Origin: Paramecium tetraurelia
Taxonomy: Eukaryota
Length of the DNA stretch: 64,000 nucleotides
NCBI GenBank assembly: GCA_000165425.1
Contig: CT868318.1
Location: 205,643 to 269,642, forward strand
Direction: 5' to 3'
Below the pieces are notes generated by a model, which was not told the origin of the DNA, did not search any database, and saw only the letters and a program-made list of their open reading frames with translations. The position numbers and the translations under genes were made by a program. Shown piece by piece: positions 37,410 through 50,559 of this stretch. Each line of letters begins with the position of its first letter. Within the stretch, counting starts at the first letter, position 1.

Positions 37410-39466
37410 TCAACCTATCTTTTTGCTTGCTGGACTTTAATTAGATCTTTGAGTGTTATAGATTTCGAAAATTCCTTTAGGGTTATTTTTTAAGGGGCTA
37501 TTGATTCGAGCAGTTTATGAACCGCCTTACTTTATTTTGGCAGAAGATTTCAAATCTTCAATATAAATATTAACTATATTATTTTAGTTGATATTGTATA
37601 CACCACCTACCTTTTTGGATGACCCTTAAACATTGATGTTGTTTGTAATTCTTAATGGATCTTTTGAATTATCCTGTCTTAGAGGTTATTTTGGAGGAGA
37701 TGCTTTATAAGTTCCCACTGCATCTTGAGATTTAGTTCTATAATGTAACAATTAAGAATTCAATATTGGTCCCTGCATATTGTTATTGTTAACAATTTAC
37801 TTCTTCTTCACTTCAGAATACTTTACCTACAGATTCCTCAGTGTTGCTAATGCATATTAATTGAATTTCTAAGGAACCTTTTATCTAAAATTAAATTATA
37901 TTCTACATGTTTTTGGAGGATGACTTTTGCTAATTTTTCTCGCCTACATTATAAACACTTTATCTTTGAATTCTATCTGTTGCTAATGGTTGCTTACCTA
38001 AGATTATTAATGTACATGTTTGATACTCTTATAATCATCATCATATTTTTATAATTGGGACGCCACTCTGGTTCTTCTACAAATAGGTTATCGATATATA
38101 TTTACAAGAAATTAACTTAATATGATTACAACTCAGGAGGTTGCTTTTATGTTGAATTTTATCTGCTTGGTAATCTGAATTAGCAATCAGTTGAATTGAA
38201 ATTAGCACTGACTTTCCTTTACGAATTTGACTTTTGACCATAATTTAGTTTTTATTATTGTTACTATGATTGTTATTATTTTTAAACTAAACTAGCAAAC
38301 CCTTCAATTTAAGAGTAAACCTTCTGTATGGTTTATAATTATGATGAATTCCTCATAGGGGATGAATCCTAATTAGATCTTTTGGTTTATTCACCTGCTT
38401 TAATAGAGTTTTCAGCTTTTATAGAAGATACTTCTCCTTGATTGATAAATTACAATCTATTGATATTGATTTTATCAAAACTCCCTTGATAGCTTATCTA
38501 ATGAGTTGTTTTGGAGTCTAAAATTTAGGCTTTAGAGTTTTAATTAGTTTGTGGTTTATTATTAATGAGATAATTTTATTTAAGATTCTTGTTGATCGTT
38601 GAAAGATCTTGAGACCTTAAGAGAAAACTATTGCTTTGATCGATAGACAATAAACCAGAAATTTATCCGAGATAATCATATTTTTATCCAATTTATTATA
38701 CGAATTCACGTAATTGTACACTACTAGAGATATCAACTTTTTTTTAGAGATAGGAATTTGTATCTAATTTCAAATCCTTGAGAAGATGTTTTAATTAACC
38801 CACAGTTACATCTTCATCACTGTGTTGCTATTTCTTCTTCTTCTCTTTTTTTTATGATTGTTACTAGATTTTTAGATATTAACTTACTATATCTTCATCT
38901 GGGATATTCAATCTCCTTTTGATATTCGCATATTCAATTCTTCGTTTCTTTTCGTGGAACTTGTTAATCGTTATGTAGACCTTCTGCATAAAGAGTCGAG
39001 GGATGTCCTTGTGGTATTTGTAGTATTCTAACAATGCTTTAATTTTAGAAGTTGATTCCTTTTTAGCATAAGATCTTTTATTGGATTGATTCGTACCTCT
39101 TCAAATATTCTTCTTCCTCGACTATGCATTCCAAATCTCTATAAAATACAACTGCTGGCGTAGATTCCTCATCAATTATATCATTAATGTCCTTTGAATA
39201 ATAGTAGTTTTGAGAAGAAGAATATTTTGCAAATAAAGCCTTATTAAGGAGAGGAGCATAGGTTTCAACCTTCTTACTTTTGAATTTCTAACAAAAGACA
39301 CAAGACGATTGTCCCTGACTGTTTGGCCTATAGAAAAGATTAAATCAAAAATTTACGGCGAACATAGTGATGAAAACCGCTTTCTCACTGATATGGGATT
39401 AGATACTGATTATTTGCTATTTGATCTTGACGTTTTTCCCCCTGACACCTATTTTTTGGTAGACAT
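37410..39466 (-). CDS. Hypothetical protein with a globular-looking N-terminal domain and long Q/S/K-rich tail
   Basis: SQNYYYSKDINDII...EEYLKR...LLEYYKYHKDIPRLFM...FHEKKRRIEY; tiny introns; ends KKIG-TGA. Confidence 0.75.
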
Positions 39467-39535
39467 TTTCTATTTCTGTTCCTTAATAAGTTAATAAATA
39501 AAATGTAAATAAATAATATTGTATTATACTAAATG

Positions 39536-40180
39536 CATCACTATTTTGTTTCTTGTTCTTGTTATCTCTTAATCTTGGCTCCAAAAATGTAGTTTTTGCT
39601 CCATTCTTATCTGATTTTTCTATATTATTTTAAGTTCTTAATTCTTTTGAAATACCCCTGCAGTTTAAAAGTTCTAAATAATGTAGTTACCTTTGGTTCA
39701 TAAATTTCTAATTACTTTGGATTAGTGTTTTAAGTGACTGATTAGATAGCTTATTTGTTAGATAAATTTTAACTATTTCATTCTTTGGTTTGCCTGTAAC
39801 TGGCGAGAAATACAAATAGTCTAGATAGACATCTCTTCATAATGTTATCTAACTCTTCTTAACTTAGATTTCTTCTTCTTTGATCAATTAAAATAAATAT
39901 GGGTTTAGCAATTATTGTATTGAGTTCTCGTTCTTTTAATTCAATTAACTAGAATCCTCTTCTAAAAATTACTGCATTTATCCTCTCTCAATATTACTAA
40001 CTATTTCAACTAGTCTTGATGATGAGACTATTATTTGTATGTTATAATATATCCATATGGCAAATGCTTATCTTCTCATTTAGTTACTTGTTTTTGCAAC
40101 AGTTTAATTATTTGAGATCTAAACAAATCAAGTTCAATATTTTCTGATATGTAAATTAGGATGTTCTTACTGTGTTTCAT
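39536..40180 (-). pseudogene. Probable decayed gene
   Basis: ATG, intron-like segments and coding-like frames, but an in-frame TGA near 39838 and a frame break near 40110. Confidence 0.35.
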
Positions 40181-40259
40181 TAATGATAAATTAAAAATAA
40201 TATAGGTGGATATCCAAAATTTAATATAAAAGACTTAAATAAGTCATATATATAATTTA

Positions 40260-40985
40260 TCACAAAATTTATTTTGCTTCATAGCTAAGTTAAGTGTCTC
40301 ATAGACTTTCTAAAATGGTAGACAAAATTAGTTACCTGACAAATGTCTTAGTCTTTTCTTAAGGAGCCTAATTTAAATTTGGTGTTGATTCTCTCTGTTG
40401 CTATTCTTGTGCCAATTCCTCGAAAGTTTGTAAGTCAGTAATCGAATTGTGAAATGAGAGTTTCATCTTTTTCATGTTGTTCTCATCAATTTCTTCGACT
40501 AACTTGGGCTTAAACATTAAATATGAGCGAGCCATCTTTGATGCTTATTCTTTTTAAGTGGTTGAATCAGGAATATAGGCAAATTATGTTTACTTTCTAC
40601 TCTTAATCAATAATAGCTCACATCACATCTTGTTAACTCTTTTACTGTATTTTTGGTTTCTATTCTCTTGGAGTTGGTACAGTGTATACTTTTTTGATCA
40701 TTATCCTAAATTTATACAAACCTTAAATATATTAATGATTACTGCTTATAAATTTCTTATCAATATCATCCCACATGGAATCAGCTCTTTCAACCCAAAA
40801 TGTCTATCATCAATCAAAAGTCCTACAATTCCAATCTACCCTTTTGAAATAAAACCAAACAATTTTTTGGCTAGTTAAATCCTCACTGTTTGATTATATG
40901 CTAATTCCTTTATTCATTTATTTGGGATTCCAATAAGCTCGAATCTGGCAATGAACTCCACTTACAATTATGCTCCTACTGATAT
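40260..40985 (-). pseudogene. Probable decayed gene
   Basis: Coding-like frames (LFGFISKGQIGIVGLLIDD; MARSYLMFKPKLVEE) with an in-frame TGA near 40914 and no clear start. Confidence 0.35.
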
Positions 40986-41013
40986 TATATTTAAATACAA
41001 TTATATTTCAAAT

Positions 41014-44000
41014 ATGCAGCCAAATCAATCAGAAAATTTTAGAACTGAACAAGATAATTGTAACATCTCTGAGTTTACCTTATGATAGACAACCATACTT
41101 TACAAGGATAATCTGGCAGATCGTTATTAGATAGTGGATCAAGATAAAAGGAATAAACAATTGCCAAAATCAAAAAGGCTCTACAAAACAATAAAGAAAC
41201 CTTGCGAACATTGAGAGCTACAGATTTAGTTTCAGATAATCCAAAATTGTACTTAACTGAAATAAATTTACTTTTATAGAAATCGCACAGGCCAATCCCA
41301 AATTAAATTGTCACATTACGGTCCTCAATACACAGGCAAACCTCCTAAGAATAAGAAAAACAAAGATGAAAGTCCTTTTCTCTTGGATTCATAATCAGTG
41401 GTAGAAACTGATGGGTTTAGTAATTAAGCTTGGAAGAACTACCCTCTAGAGATTTTGATGATAATTTTAAGATTTATTAGTTTCATAACCAAATCTAACT
41501 TTGCTACAAGTTTCAGACTCATAAATAGAAATGTTTTTGACATCATTGGAGACAAGTCAGCCTATTTTAGATATTATTTATTTAATGATTATTTCAAATA
41601 TGAAGTATTGTTGTAAATTAATTTAAGAAACCAAGTCCATATGAAAGAATGAAATACTAATTAAATCAATAAGTATTTGTCCCACTTAGAAAGCTCAAGG
41701 TTTACAATTATTTAAACAAAAACAAATTAATACTGCGTCCCGAGTCGATAATAGCAATAGCTTGGAATATTTACATATTGACCATTTTGAACATGAACGT
41801 ACTCTATGTGAGTGCCAGAGTGGCATTTAAATTTGACACAAGTAATTCATTGGATGATAGTTTTCAATAATTTAGATGGGTGTTATTTGATGTACTCCCT
41901 TCATATTCTTTTATTTTGGAGATCCTAATAAAGTTTAACACTTGCTATTACTACAAGGGAACTGTGATAGAAAATAGATACCTCATAGCCAGGAATTACA
42001 TACGAACATGTATCTCTATATCTTGATAATATCTTTAGCCTTTTTTTTTGATATTTTTGTTATCATCCCCTTCTTCTTAAGTCTTAGATTTTAATTGGAC
42101 TATTTGGATTTGGTCCTTATTCTAAAAGTCTTTTAGATTACTAAATTTAGTGGAAATTTGTTTGATAGACTTGAACTCACATCAAGTTAAATTGCAATAT
42201 TCGATTTGGTTAAATTAGGATACACCATTTTGGCTGTGGCTCATTTTTGTGCTTGTCTATGGTTTCTAGTTGGTACAACAGGAAGTGATTAAAACACTTG
42301 GGTTATAAAAAATGAATTGTAAGATGAACCTTGGCATGCATAATATTTAACATCATTCTACTTTAGTATAGTAACCATGACTACTATCGGGTATGGTGAT
42401 ATAACTCCATAGAATTTAAGAGAAAGAATATTCACAATTGGTATGACTGTGGCTGCTGTTGGTATTTTTGGATACTCAATTGGTAACATTAACAATATTT
42501 ATGCTGATTGGAGTAGAAAGACTTACGAATTTAGACAAAATATGAATGATCTAAAGAAATATATGAGATTAAAGGGACTTGATAAACATTTGGCTGAAAA
42601 GATTAGAAAGTATTTTGAGTATATTTGGTATGATGCAGAAGAAGAAAATGACAGAGAAGCCTTTAGATTTGCAGAATAAATTCCAGCCTAATTATTGGAG
42701 GAGATGAAAATAGATATCAATATGAAGATTGTTAAGAAGATCAAATTTTTGACTGATAATTTTAGTGATTAATTTTTAATATAATTGTCCAAAAACTTGA
42801 TTGAAGAGAAATTTGCACCTGAACAAATTATATTTAAAGTATGTATTTCATATATATCCTAGTAAGATGAAGTAAGTGATTATCTATACATACTTCAAAA
42901 AGGAGAAGTGTAATTTTATGTTACACTCAAAAATAAATAAGAATCATAAAAAGTATTGGAATCATATTCAGGAGATTCATAGCCTTTTGGAGTTTTGGAG
43001 TTCTTTTAGAAGTAGAATTATTAAGTATCTTGCAAATCCACCTAATTCACTTATTTACTTAAAATTCATAGAAATTAAGTCATTGAATTATTACAATAGA
43101 ATTCCAAAGACTACGTATTAGTGATTTTTATACAAGTCTACATTTTGTTAAATGAGAGATTAAGTGGCCTTTTCAAATGCCTAAGTTATTGTTGATGTTT
43201 CATGTCGAGCATGCAATAAAACCTCACATGTAATTAGAGAATGTCCATTGGTTTGTGGATATCCAAACAGATCAAAGGTTCTTTTGAATTACAGAAGAAA
43301 TGTTCCATCTGATAGAGTTCAATATAGGCGATCTTTGAATAGGAGAGTTGATACCTTATTAGAATCTCATGATGTTAAGAACAGTATTTTATTGTTTATA
43401 TGCAAAAACAAACTGATTGAAGAACTTCAATATAAGACTGGTATCAATTGAAAATAAATTTATAGATTATGAAGAGTAGGAGGAATCAGAGGAAGAAAGT
43501 TTAAATTCTTTTAAAGTAGGCTACAAGTTGACTATTACACAATAGATTGAATCAAAAAGACCATTATCCTTTTAGGGCTGTAACGATGCTTTACAAGATG
43601 AAGAGTTGGTAAATTTAATATATATTTACTAAGCAAGATAAAATAAAGGAAATTGTAAAATATTTCAAAAAAAAATAACTAAGTGATGTATCTTCAGAGA
43701 TTAAATAAGGAAATAAGTTGGAAGGTGACAAGACCATGAATTTTAATTCATTAATGAAAGGGTCCGAAACTCAAAATTTGTAATTTCTAAAATAATAATC
43801 AAGTCCTTCAGATTAGGTCTAATAGGATTCAAATAGAAGAGGATCAAGAACAACCCAACCAAAAGCTCGAAACTTATTTGATATTGTTATTCAAGGCTCA
43901 TTTTTATCTCCTCAAAATAAATTGCCATCTTATGAATAATAAACATATGAAGATGAATATGGAAAAAAAAGAGGATAGTATATCGAGTTATTTGAAGAGT

Positions 44001-44092
44001 TTGAAAGATTTAAAAATTTTGATAACTATCTATAACATAACAATTTGGCAGCAATAATCAGAAGAAGAGAGAGAAAAAATAAATATATATGA
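41014..44092 (+). CDS. Cyclic-nucleotide-binding-domain K+ channel (EAG/CNG superfamily)
   Basis: TM helices, AHFCACLW, selectivity filter TMTTIGYGD (filter at 42380-42400), C-linker, CNBD and a CCHC motif; many tiny introns. Confidence 0.93.
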
Positions 44093-44155
44093 ATAAGTAT
44101 ATTTCATCAAGCAACTTCATCTATATAATTGAAAATACATTTGTTTAATGATAAA

Positions 44156-44643
44156 TCAATCGTTTTTTTTCTTATCTACTTTATTTTATGTTGATTTTTG
44201 CAAAGGCACTTTCTTAGGCTTTATTAATGCATCAATTAATGCAAAGCAAAATGCTATATAAAATAAGGCTCCTTGTATCGTTTGCTCTCCTCCAAGTCTT
44301 TCTGATTTATATAATATATGATTATAATTGATTGCAGCATAAACTATTAAAGCTGGAATTGAAAGCACATATAGTAAACCAATTCTTTCATAATGATTAA
44401 ATTTACCTATTCATTGTTACAAAAGAGCAAGCCACTAGCATATATCCAAGAAACTATCTCATCTATATATAAATATCCACATTATTAAGAATTGAGTTTT
44501 CTAATCTTGCTGTTTCTCTTACAGTCCTTTCAAATCGTTCCTAGAATTACTAAGTAAATTACTTGTCCCCAAGGATCGTATAGTAAGCTCATTCCGAAAA
44601 TTCCTAACCCAAATCCTATTAACAGGGATGATAACCTTTGCAT
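44156..44643 (-). CDS. Small multi-TM protein with C-terminal dilysine ER-retrieval motif
   Basis: About four hydrophobic segments; ends KKKND-TGA; two tiny introns. Confidence 0.75.
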
Positions 44644-45018
44644 AGATTTTATTTTAATTAATTTTCTTATTTATTTTATGAAGGACTAGTACAAATCTAA
44701 TAATAAATTAGAATCTAGTACAATAAATAAAATATAGATTTGTATAGAAAGGTTTAGAAATAAATAGGTACATGAGAATAATCATATATAGAAAATAAGA
44801 TATATTTTCTTTAACCAATAATTGACATATTTTTAGAAAGTATGCAAACTTAGATAAACTTGATGATATATGAAAAATGAAATTACAATTTGAAATTAAA
44901 CAATTTAAATAGAATTAGAGATTTCCTTTAGTCTGAAATTGATGAATATTAATTTTTTTGTTTATAATTTAAATAGCTAAATTTATATAAATATCCCTAA
45001 AATAAAATTAATGATTGA

Positions 45019-46481
45019 TCACTTTTATTTATTATGAAAAATAGTAGTAATTTGATTGCTCAAAGATTATAATTTCTTATAATTATCCATCAAATGGTTG
45101 TCTGAGTCCATTAGCCAATCTTCATCAAAAATTAAGGTTTGAATAGGGTTTTATTTCATTTTTGGCTTCTTCAAATAATCTGGTAATGTTCTGACCCTTA
45201 AATTTTGATTTTACTACAATTCTTCTGGAATTATGTATTCAGTATCTTCACTTATCTCGTCTCTTGATAATTGATTGATACCATGTAAATTAACCATCGG
45301 ACTACTTTGCCCACTTTAATCTCTTCCAAATTAATAGAGATTTTAATTATTAGTCTCTTTAATTAGGGATGGACAAACAGTTTTTCTTTTGTTTTAATTA
45401 TTATTTTATTATTTAATGTTGCTATAGAATAGTAAAAATATTTACATTAATTAATTAGATTGATATTTATCTATTTAGACACTATCATCAAATTATATTG
45501 TTCCATAATGAGAATAGATTTCTGTCTAAGCAGTGTTTTGGATATCCCAATCATATATTGAATCAATTGTAATCTTCGCATTTTTAGCAGCTTACTAAAA
45601 TAATATAATTATTGATTTATAATCTGGCTATGTGACATATGTAAGCTTACGTAAATATCTATATTATATATATGCTATAAAAGTACTCGTATGTTTTTCT
45701 TAGTTCTTCAGGTAAATTCCTAAATAAATCAGTAGTCTGTTTTTATTTAATATCACCAACTTTTTGTATCTTTTAGTCGCTTGGAACATGCTTGATGTTT
45801 TGCCATGGCAATTTACTGAAACAATGAAAATCTTCATTTTTACCCTAAATAAAAGTACAACAAGATGTAAATTAGAGATTCTAAATCGTCCTTTCTTCCC
45901 AACTCGTTCCCTTTATGAGCTGCTATCGAAGCATATCGAGAGGTTCCAATAAAGGGTTATCTGTCTTTGAAAGGTCTAATTATATTATCATTTTACAAAT
46001 GAGCTCCATTTTTACGTAGAAAGGTCTTACTTATACCATAGTCTATAATGTAAAACTTGTTTTTTTCATCAATCATAATATTTTCTGGTTTCAAATCTCT
46101 ATGTAGTACCCCTTTTTAATGAATATCCTCCAAAATCTCAACTAATTTAATCCCAATCTATAAAATAGTTTTGAGGCTAAATTTCTTTTATTGTTTTATC
46201 AAAGTGGATAGATCTTTAGAAAGTAGTTGCAAAACCAAAACATTAAAGTCATCCTCTTTGCCAGAGTAAAGCAATTTCGGCACTCCCGAAACCCCTTCTA
46301 ATTTCTGAATTATGTCTACTTCTTTTTCAATAGATCTGATATGTTAATTTTCTGGTTTTTCAATTTTGATTGCCACTTATTATCCTGTTTTTTGATCAAA
46401 ACCAAGCATCACAAATCCAAATGCCCCTGATGCAATTTTTCTTGATAATATATATTGATTATTTATTCTCAGAGATTTCAT
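45019..46481 (-). CDS. Casein kinase 1-like Ser/Thr kinase
   Basis: [50 protein letters not shown]. Confidence 0.93.
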
Positions 46482-46664
46482 TTAAATTATTCTTAATTAT
46501 CAATATTAATTAATACTATAGGTTTATCTGAATGCGTTGACAAATAACTCAAGGATGTATAAATTTTTGACTAGACAAACAACAATTATATTGAAAAAGT
46601 ATTATTAAATAGTTAATAAGTTTAATTAAGATATTGAATGATAAATAAGTATTCATATATCATT

Positions 46665-47726
46665 TTCATGAAATCTAAAGTCCAATTTCAATGTATTGAT
46701 AATTTGATCAAAATTTCTAAGCTTACAGAAATATATACTTTTCAATAAATTAAGAAGAATGAGTCAACTATTTCTCAAATCTGCTATCATATAACTTTGT
46801 CACGCTTTCTTTTATTTTCGCTAATTACAGGATTAAATTTCTTTAATCTTCTTCAGGGTTCTTTTTAGTAATAACTTTGTTTATAGCCTAATTTGTTTTT
46901 CCTTGTCTAGATTTCTCTAGCAAGGAACTTTATTATAACTTTTATGAAGGAGTTTAAGGTACTTATTTTAATTAAACACATACCATCTTAAAATGGATCT
47001 TAGAAAGATTTTGTGTTACTTTTTTAAACAGTTTTTTTTTAAGTCAAAGGTGTTTGTGGTACTTGAACTTAGGATTTTGTGGTTTAAGGACGACTATTGT
47101 TGTTGTTATTATTATAAGTGTTATTATTACTATTTGTTTTTTTGGTTTAAATTTGGTTATTGCTTGTTTAAATCTGCTAAGCTGATTATTAAATTTTTTT
47201 TTATCCTGCTTGTTTAGTTGCGTTAGGAAATTTCCCATTTACTCTAACATTATTGGCTGCCTAAACGACTTTTATTTTATTGGCATCTTATTCAGTAACC
47301 AAATTCTCTTCTTCTTCTATGACCAAATGAGTATATTTAGGAATCTATTGATCAATCTCCTATTTATCTACAAAATTTGCATAGAAATCAGATATACTTA
47401 TTGAATTTTGTGACTGTATGCTTTAAGGAAGCTATATGGATTGCTTTTATTATTTCCATAATTGAGAAAGATTGTCAACATTCTAATTTTACTTTTTAAG
47501 ATTCAAAACTAGTCTATAATTCAATCAAAATACATTTCTCCACTGATTAAGAGTCTTTCTATTAATCACTATTTCTAGTGCTTCGGAAATCGTTTGTCAA
47601 CGAAGGAGTATACTATCTATCCGATGAAAGATTACGAGATCTGTATGATGGGCATTGTAGTTTTCCTTTTAAAGATTCTAATTCTTCCAATTATGTAATA
47701 TGCCTATCATTCAATTAAATACTCAT
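46665..47726 (-). CDS. Hypothetical Q/K-rich protein, possibly pseudogenised; end approximate
   Basis: MSIQLNDRHITQLEELESLKGK...; in-frame TGA near 47475. Confidence 0.35.
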
Positions 47727-48147
47727 TTATTATTAAATTTAGTATATTATTATAATTAAAGGGTATAATCATTAAAAGAAATTATTAAACAGTCAAATAA
47801 CAATAAATTATTGTAATAAAGTTAATTTATAAATGCAGAATCAATATAGAAAACTGATTGTTTTTTAAATAGAGACTAGACACACAGGACTTTAAAAAAA
47901 CCAATAGAGAAGTCCAATTTTAAGTGTTTCAATTTTTGAATAAAAGTACTTAAATTGAGTATTTTGTTCTTTATTTTTATAAATATTTAATAGAATGATT
48001 TGAAATTGTTTACATTTTTTATTAATTTTAAATTTTATTTTTGCTACAATGTGAGATAAAATTTGACTTAAGTTCTAGTTGATCCTTATGAAATAATGAA
48101 GTTAATTCTAAGTCTATAAAATTATTTATTTCAGACCCTTCACTAGA

Positions 48148-48915
48148 ATGAACACATAGATTAGATTAATAAGACCTCCAGTTCCAAAATTTAATTTAAA
48201 TGTTTTTGAAACCAGCAATCTTCATATTATTCCAATTGAGAAATAAATAAAAGATTCCAAATGCAATCCGACTTCATTAGACAATAATAATTCTGATACT
48301 TCATCTTAGAGCAGCCAGGAATGTAATTTTGATAGAAAAAAACTATCAGCAATTGTTGAAGAAATGAAAAACGTAATATCTATTTTGGGGTTGAATGAAG
48401 ATTTATTAAAAATTGCAATACAACTATTTTAACCTCAATTGTTGTCTGAACTCAAATAAAAAAAATACACACCTATCGCTATAGCCATTGCAGGGTTAAT
48501 TGCTGTCATAAAATTAACGTGCATCCCTATTACTCAAAAAAAAATTTTTGCTAAAATTTCAGTTTCAAAATATTTAATCAAAAAAATATTGCTCAAAATC
48601 CGAAACAATAATAAATTTGAGTCTGTTGTTTAAATTTTTATTAAAACCATCTCATATAATTTGGGATTTAATGAAAGATTCATAAAATTCTGTGTTCAAA
48701 TTTTTAAGAAAATTCAATAGAATAATTTAATTCAAAAAGAACGTGAGAATGTAATTGCAGCTGCAATTGTCAAGTATAGTGGAGACATAATTTTTACTCA
48801 TAGAGGTGGGATCAGACCATCAGTGATTGCTCAATAAGCAAAATGTAGTATTGGTACATTTAAGATGTTTTACAAAAAGATATATGAAAAATTCTCATTT
48901 TTAAGTAAAAACTGA
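48148..48915 (+). CDS. TFIIB-like twin cyclin-fold protein without a zinc ribbon (255 aa)
   Basis: Intronless ORF with two helical repeats; the second reads FIKTISYNLGFNE...NVIAAAIVKY...VIAQQAKCSIGTFKMFYKKI. Confidence 0.65.
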
Positions 48916-48970
48916 TTGTTTAATCATGATTTCATTAAGTTTATTTATATTTTTTATTTAAATATATCAA

Positions 48971-50535
48971 TCAATCACTTTCATGGCATAATTTTAGAAA
49001 CTTATTGTATTTAACAATTTTTTCATATTTAATAGGTGGGCCAATATTAATATTAGAATTAGGAAGGGAAAACTAATTTATAAAATAAAAGTACAGCAAC
49101 ATCTATGAAGTAAGAGTCTTCAGTATCTACAAGTGAATCCCCAATAATAAATTGTAATGTAGATTTCTAATATTTAATTTAATATTACTTTTGAAATCAA
49201 ATAGCTCAGATGATTTTATAACTCTGTAAACGTATTGTATTCATAAAGAGGCTTATAAATGTAATCTATATTTATTCTTTCGTTATTCATCTGGTTTATC
49301 TACTACTCACTCAATTCTGGATTTGTTTATAAAGTCAACACTTCACAATGCTTCTTTGCCTTTTCAATATTTGAATATAATCTTCTGCTTCCTAATTTAA
49401 CCTTAGAGTCTTTAAATTTATTAGTAATTTTAGTCCACCCCACAATATCAGAATGATGAATAGGATCCTCCAAATAAACTATATTTGGTTTTTCTTGACA
49501 TAATTTGAAATAATAATCTATCAATTAATCTGCATCTAATAATTTCTTTGGATTGTCTAAGTCGTATTTCTTTTCTTCAGGAACATAAAATAGTTCAGCT
49601 AACCAAACCAAACCTAGCTAAACTTAATCCTTCAATTATGCTGCATCTATTGCTTATTCTATGATCTTCAGATTATCTGGAATTGTATCACCAGGACATA
49701 TAAAAGTTCCATCTTAATAATATTAAAGGCCAGCTTCTCCTTTTTTTCCTGAAATAATAGTTTTTTTGACATTGTTAACAACATTCTAGATTTTTTGCAC
49801 TGCTCCTTCTCCATCACAGATTAATAAAAACTTATAAATTTTACACTTAGAACCCACTAATTTACTGCCTTATAGTAGATTGAGAAAAATCTTAGGTGTT
49901 TTAGCTTCTTAGGTGTTAAATTATTAGCAAAGTAATTTTGATAAACTTTAATTCATAAAGTGAGCATGTAAAGGAAGTAAACTAAAAGAAATTTATTGAA
50001 TAACGTTAATACGATTCTAGAATAGATGAGATTGCATACTGGATGTTCAGTAAGATATTTCAATAAATTATCATCAACCTATTTTTAATCTTTTGACTTT
50101 TTTCCTCTTAATTAGAGAGAAACCTTTTCTATCTCTTAGATTGCTTACTTCATGTTTTTCTATTCGTCGTCACTTAAATTTAACATTAATCATACTAAAA
50201 TATCTCTTATTCTGAGAAAGCCTAAGAAAAGTAAAGTGGGGAATTGAAATGAAGTTTCTGGTTTTTGAATTAGACTGTGAATATCAATTGGATAGTTGAT
50301 TTTAACTCATTGTTTAAGACTTCTAAACCAGTAATTTTGTCTAATTCAATCACAGGAGTTGATAACTGAATCTAAAATAATAAGTTACTTTTCCAAAATA
50401 TTGAGATAATGTCGTATAGGGATCGGCTGGTTTTTAGGAGAGGATTGTGTTGACTGCATCCTTAATGATATCCTCAATTTTGTATTGTTCAATATATGCC
50501 TTCACTTCTGGAGGGATGTATGGTGATTTAGACAT
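48971..50535 (-). CDS. Enolase-like protein (ENO4-type) with N-terminal Dpy-30/RIIa-like docking domain
   Basis: YIEQYKIEDIIKDAVNTILSQKPADPY; IVYLEDPIHHSDIVGW; GDSLVDTEDSYFIDVA; GPPIKYEKIVKYNKFL. Confidence 0.8.
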
Positions 50536-50559
50536 TTAATAAATATAATTATAATCTAA

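Noticed and set aside
36880..47480. In-frame TGAs as evidence for readthrough, selenocysteine or an ambiguous code
   Set aside because: Conserved intact genes here show no internal TGA, and most of the affected regions also carry frameshifts or lost starts, so decay is simpler.
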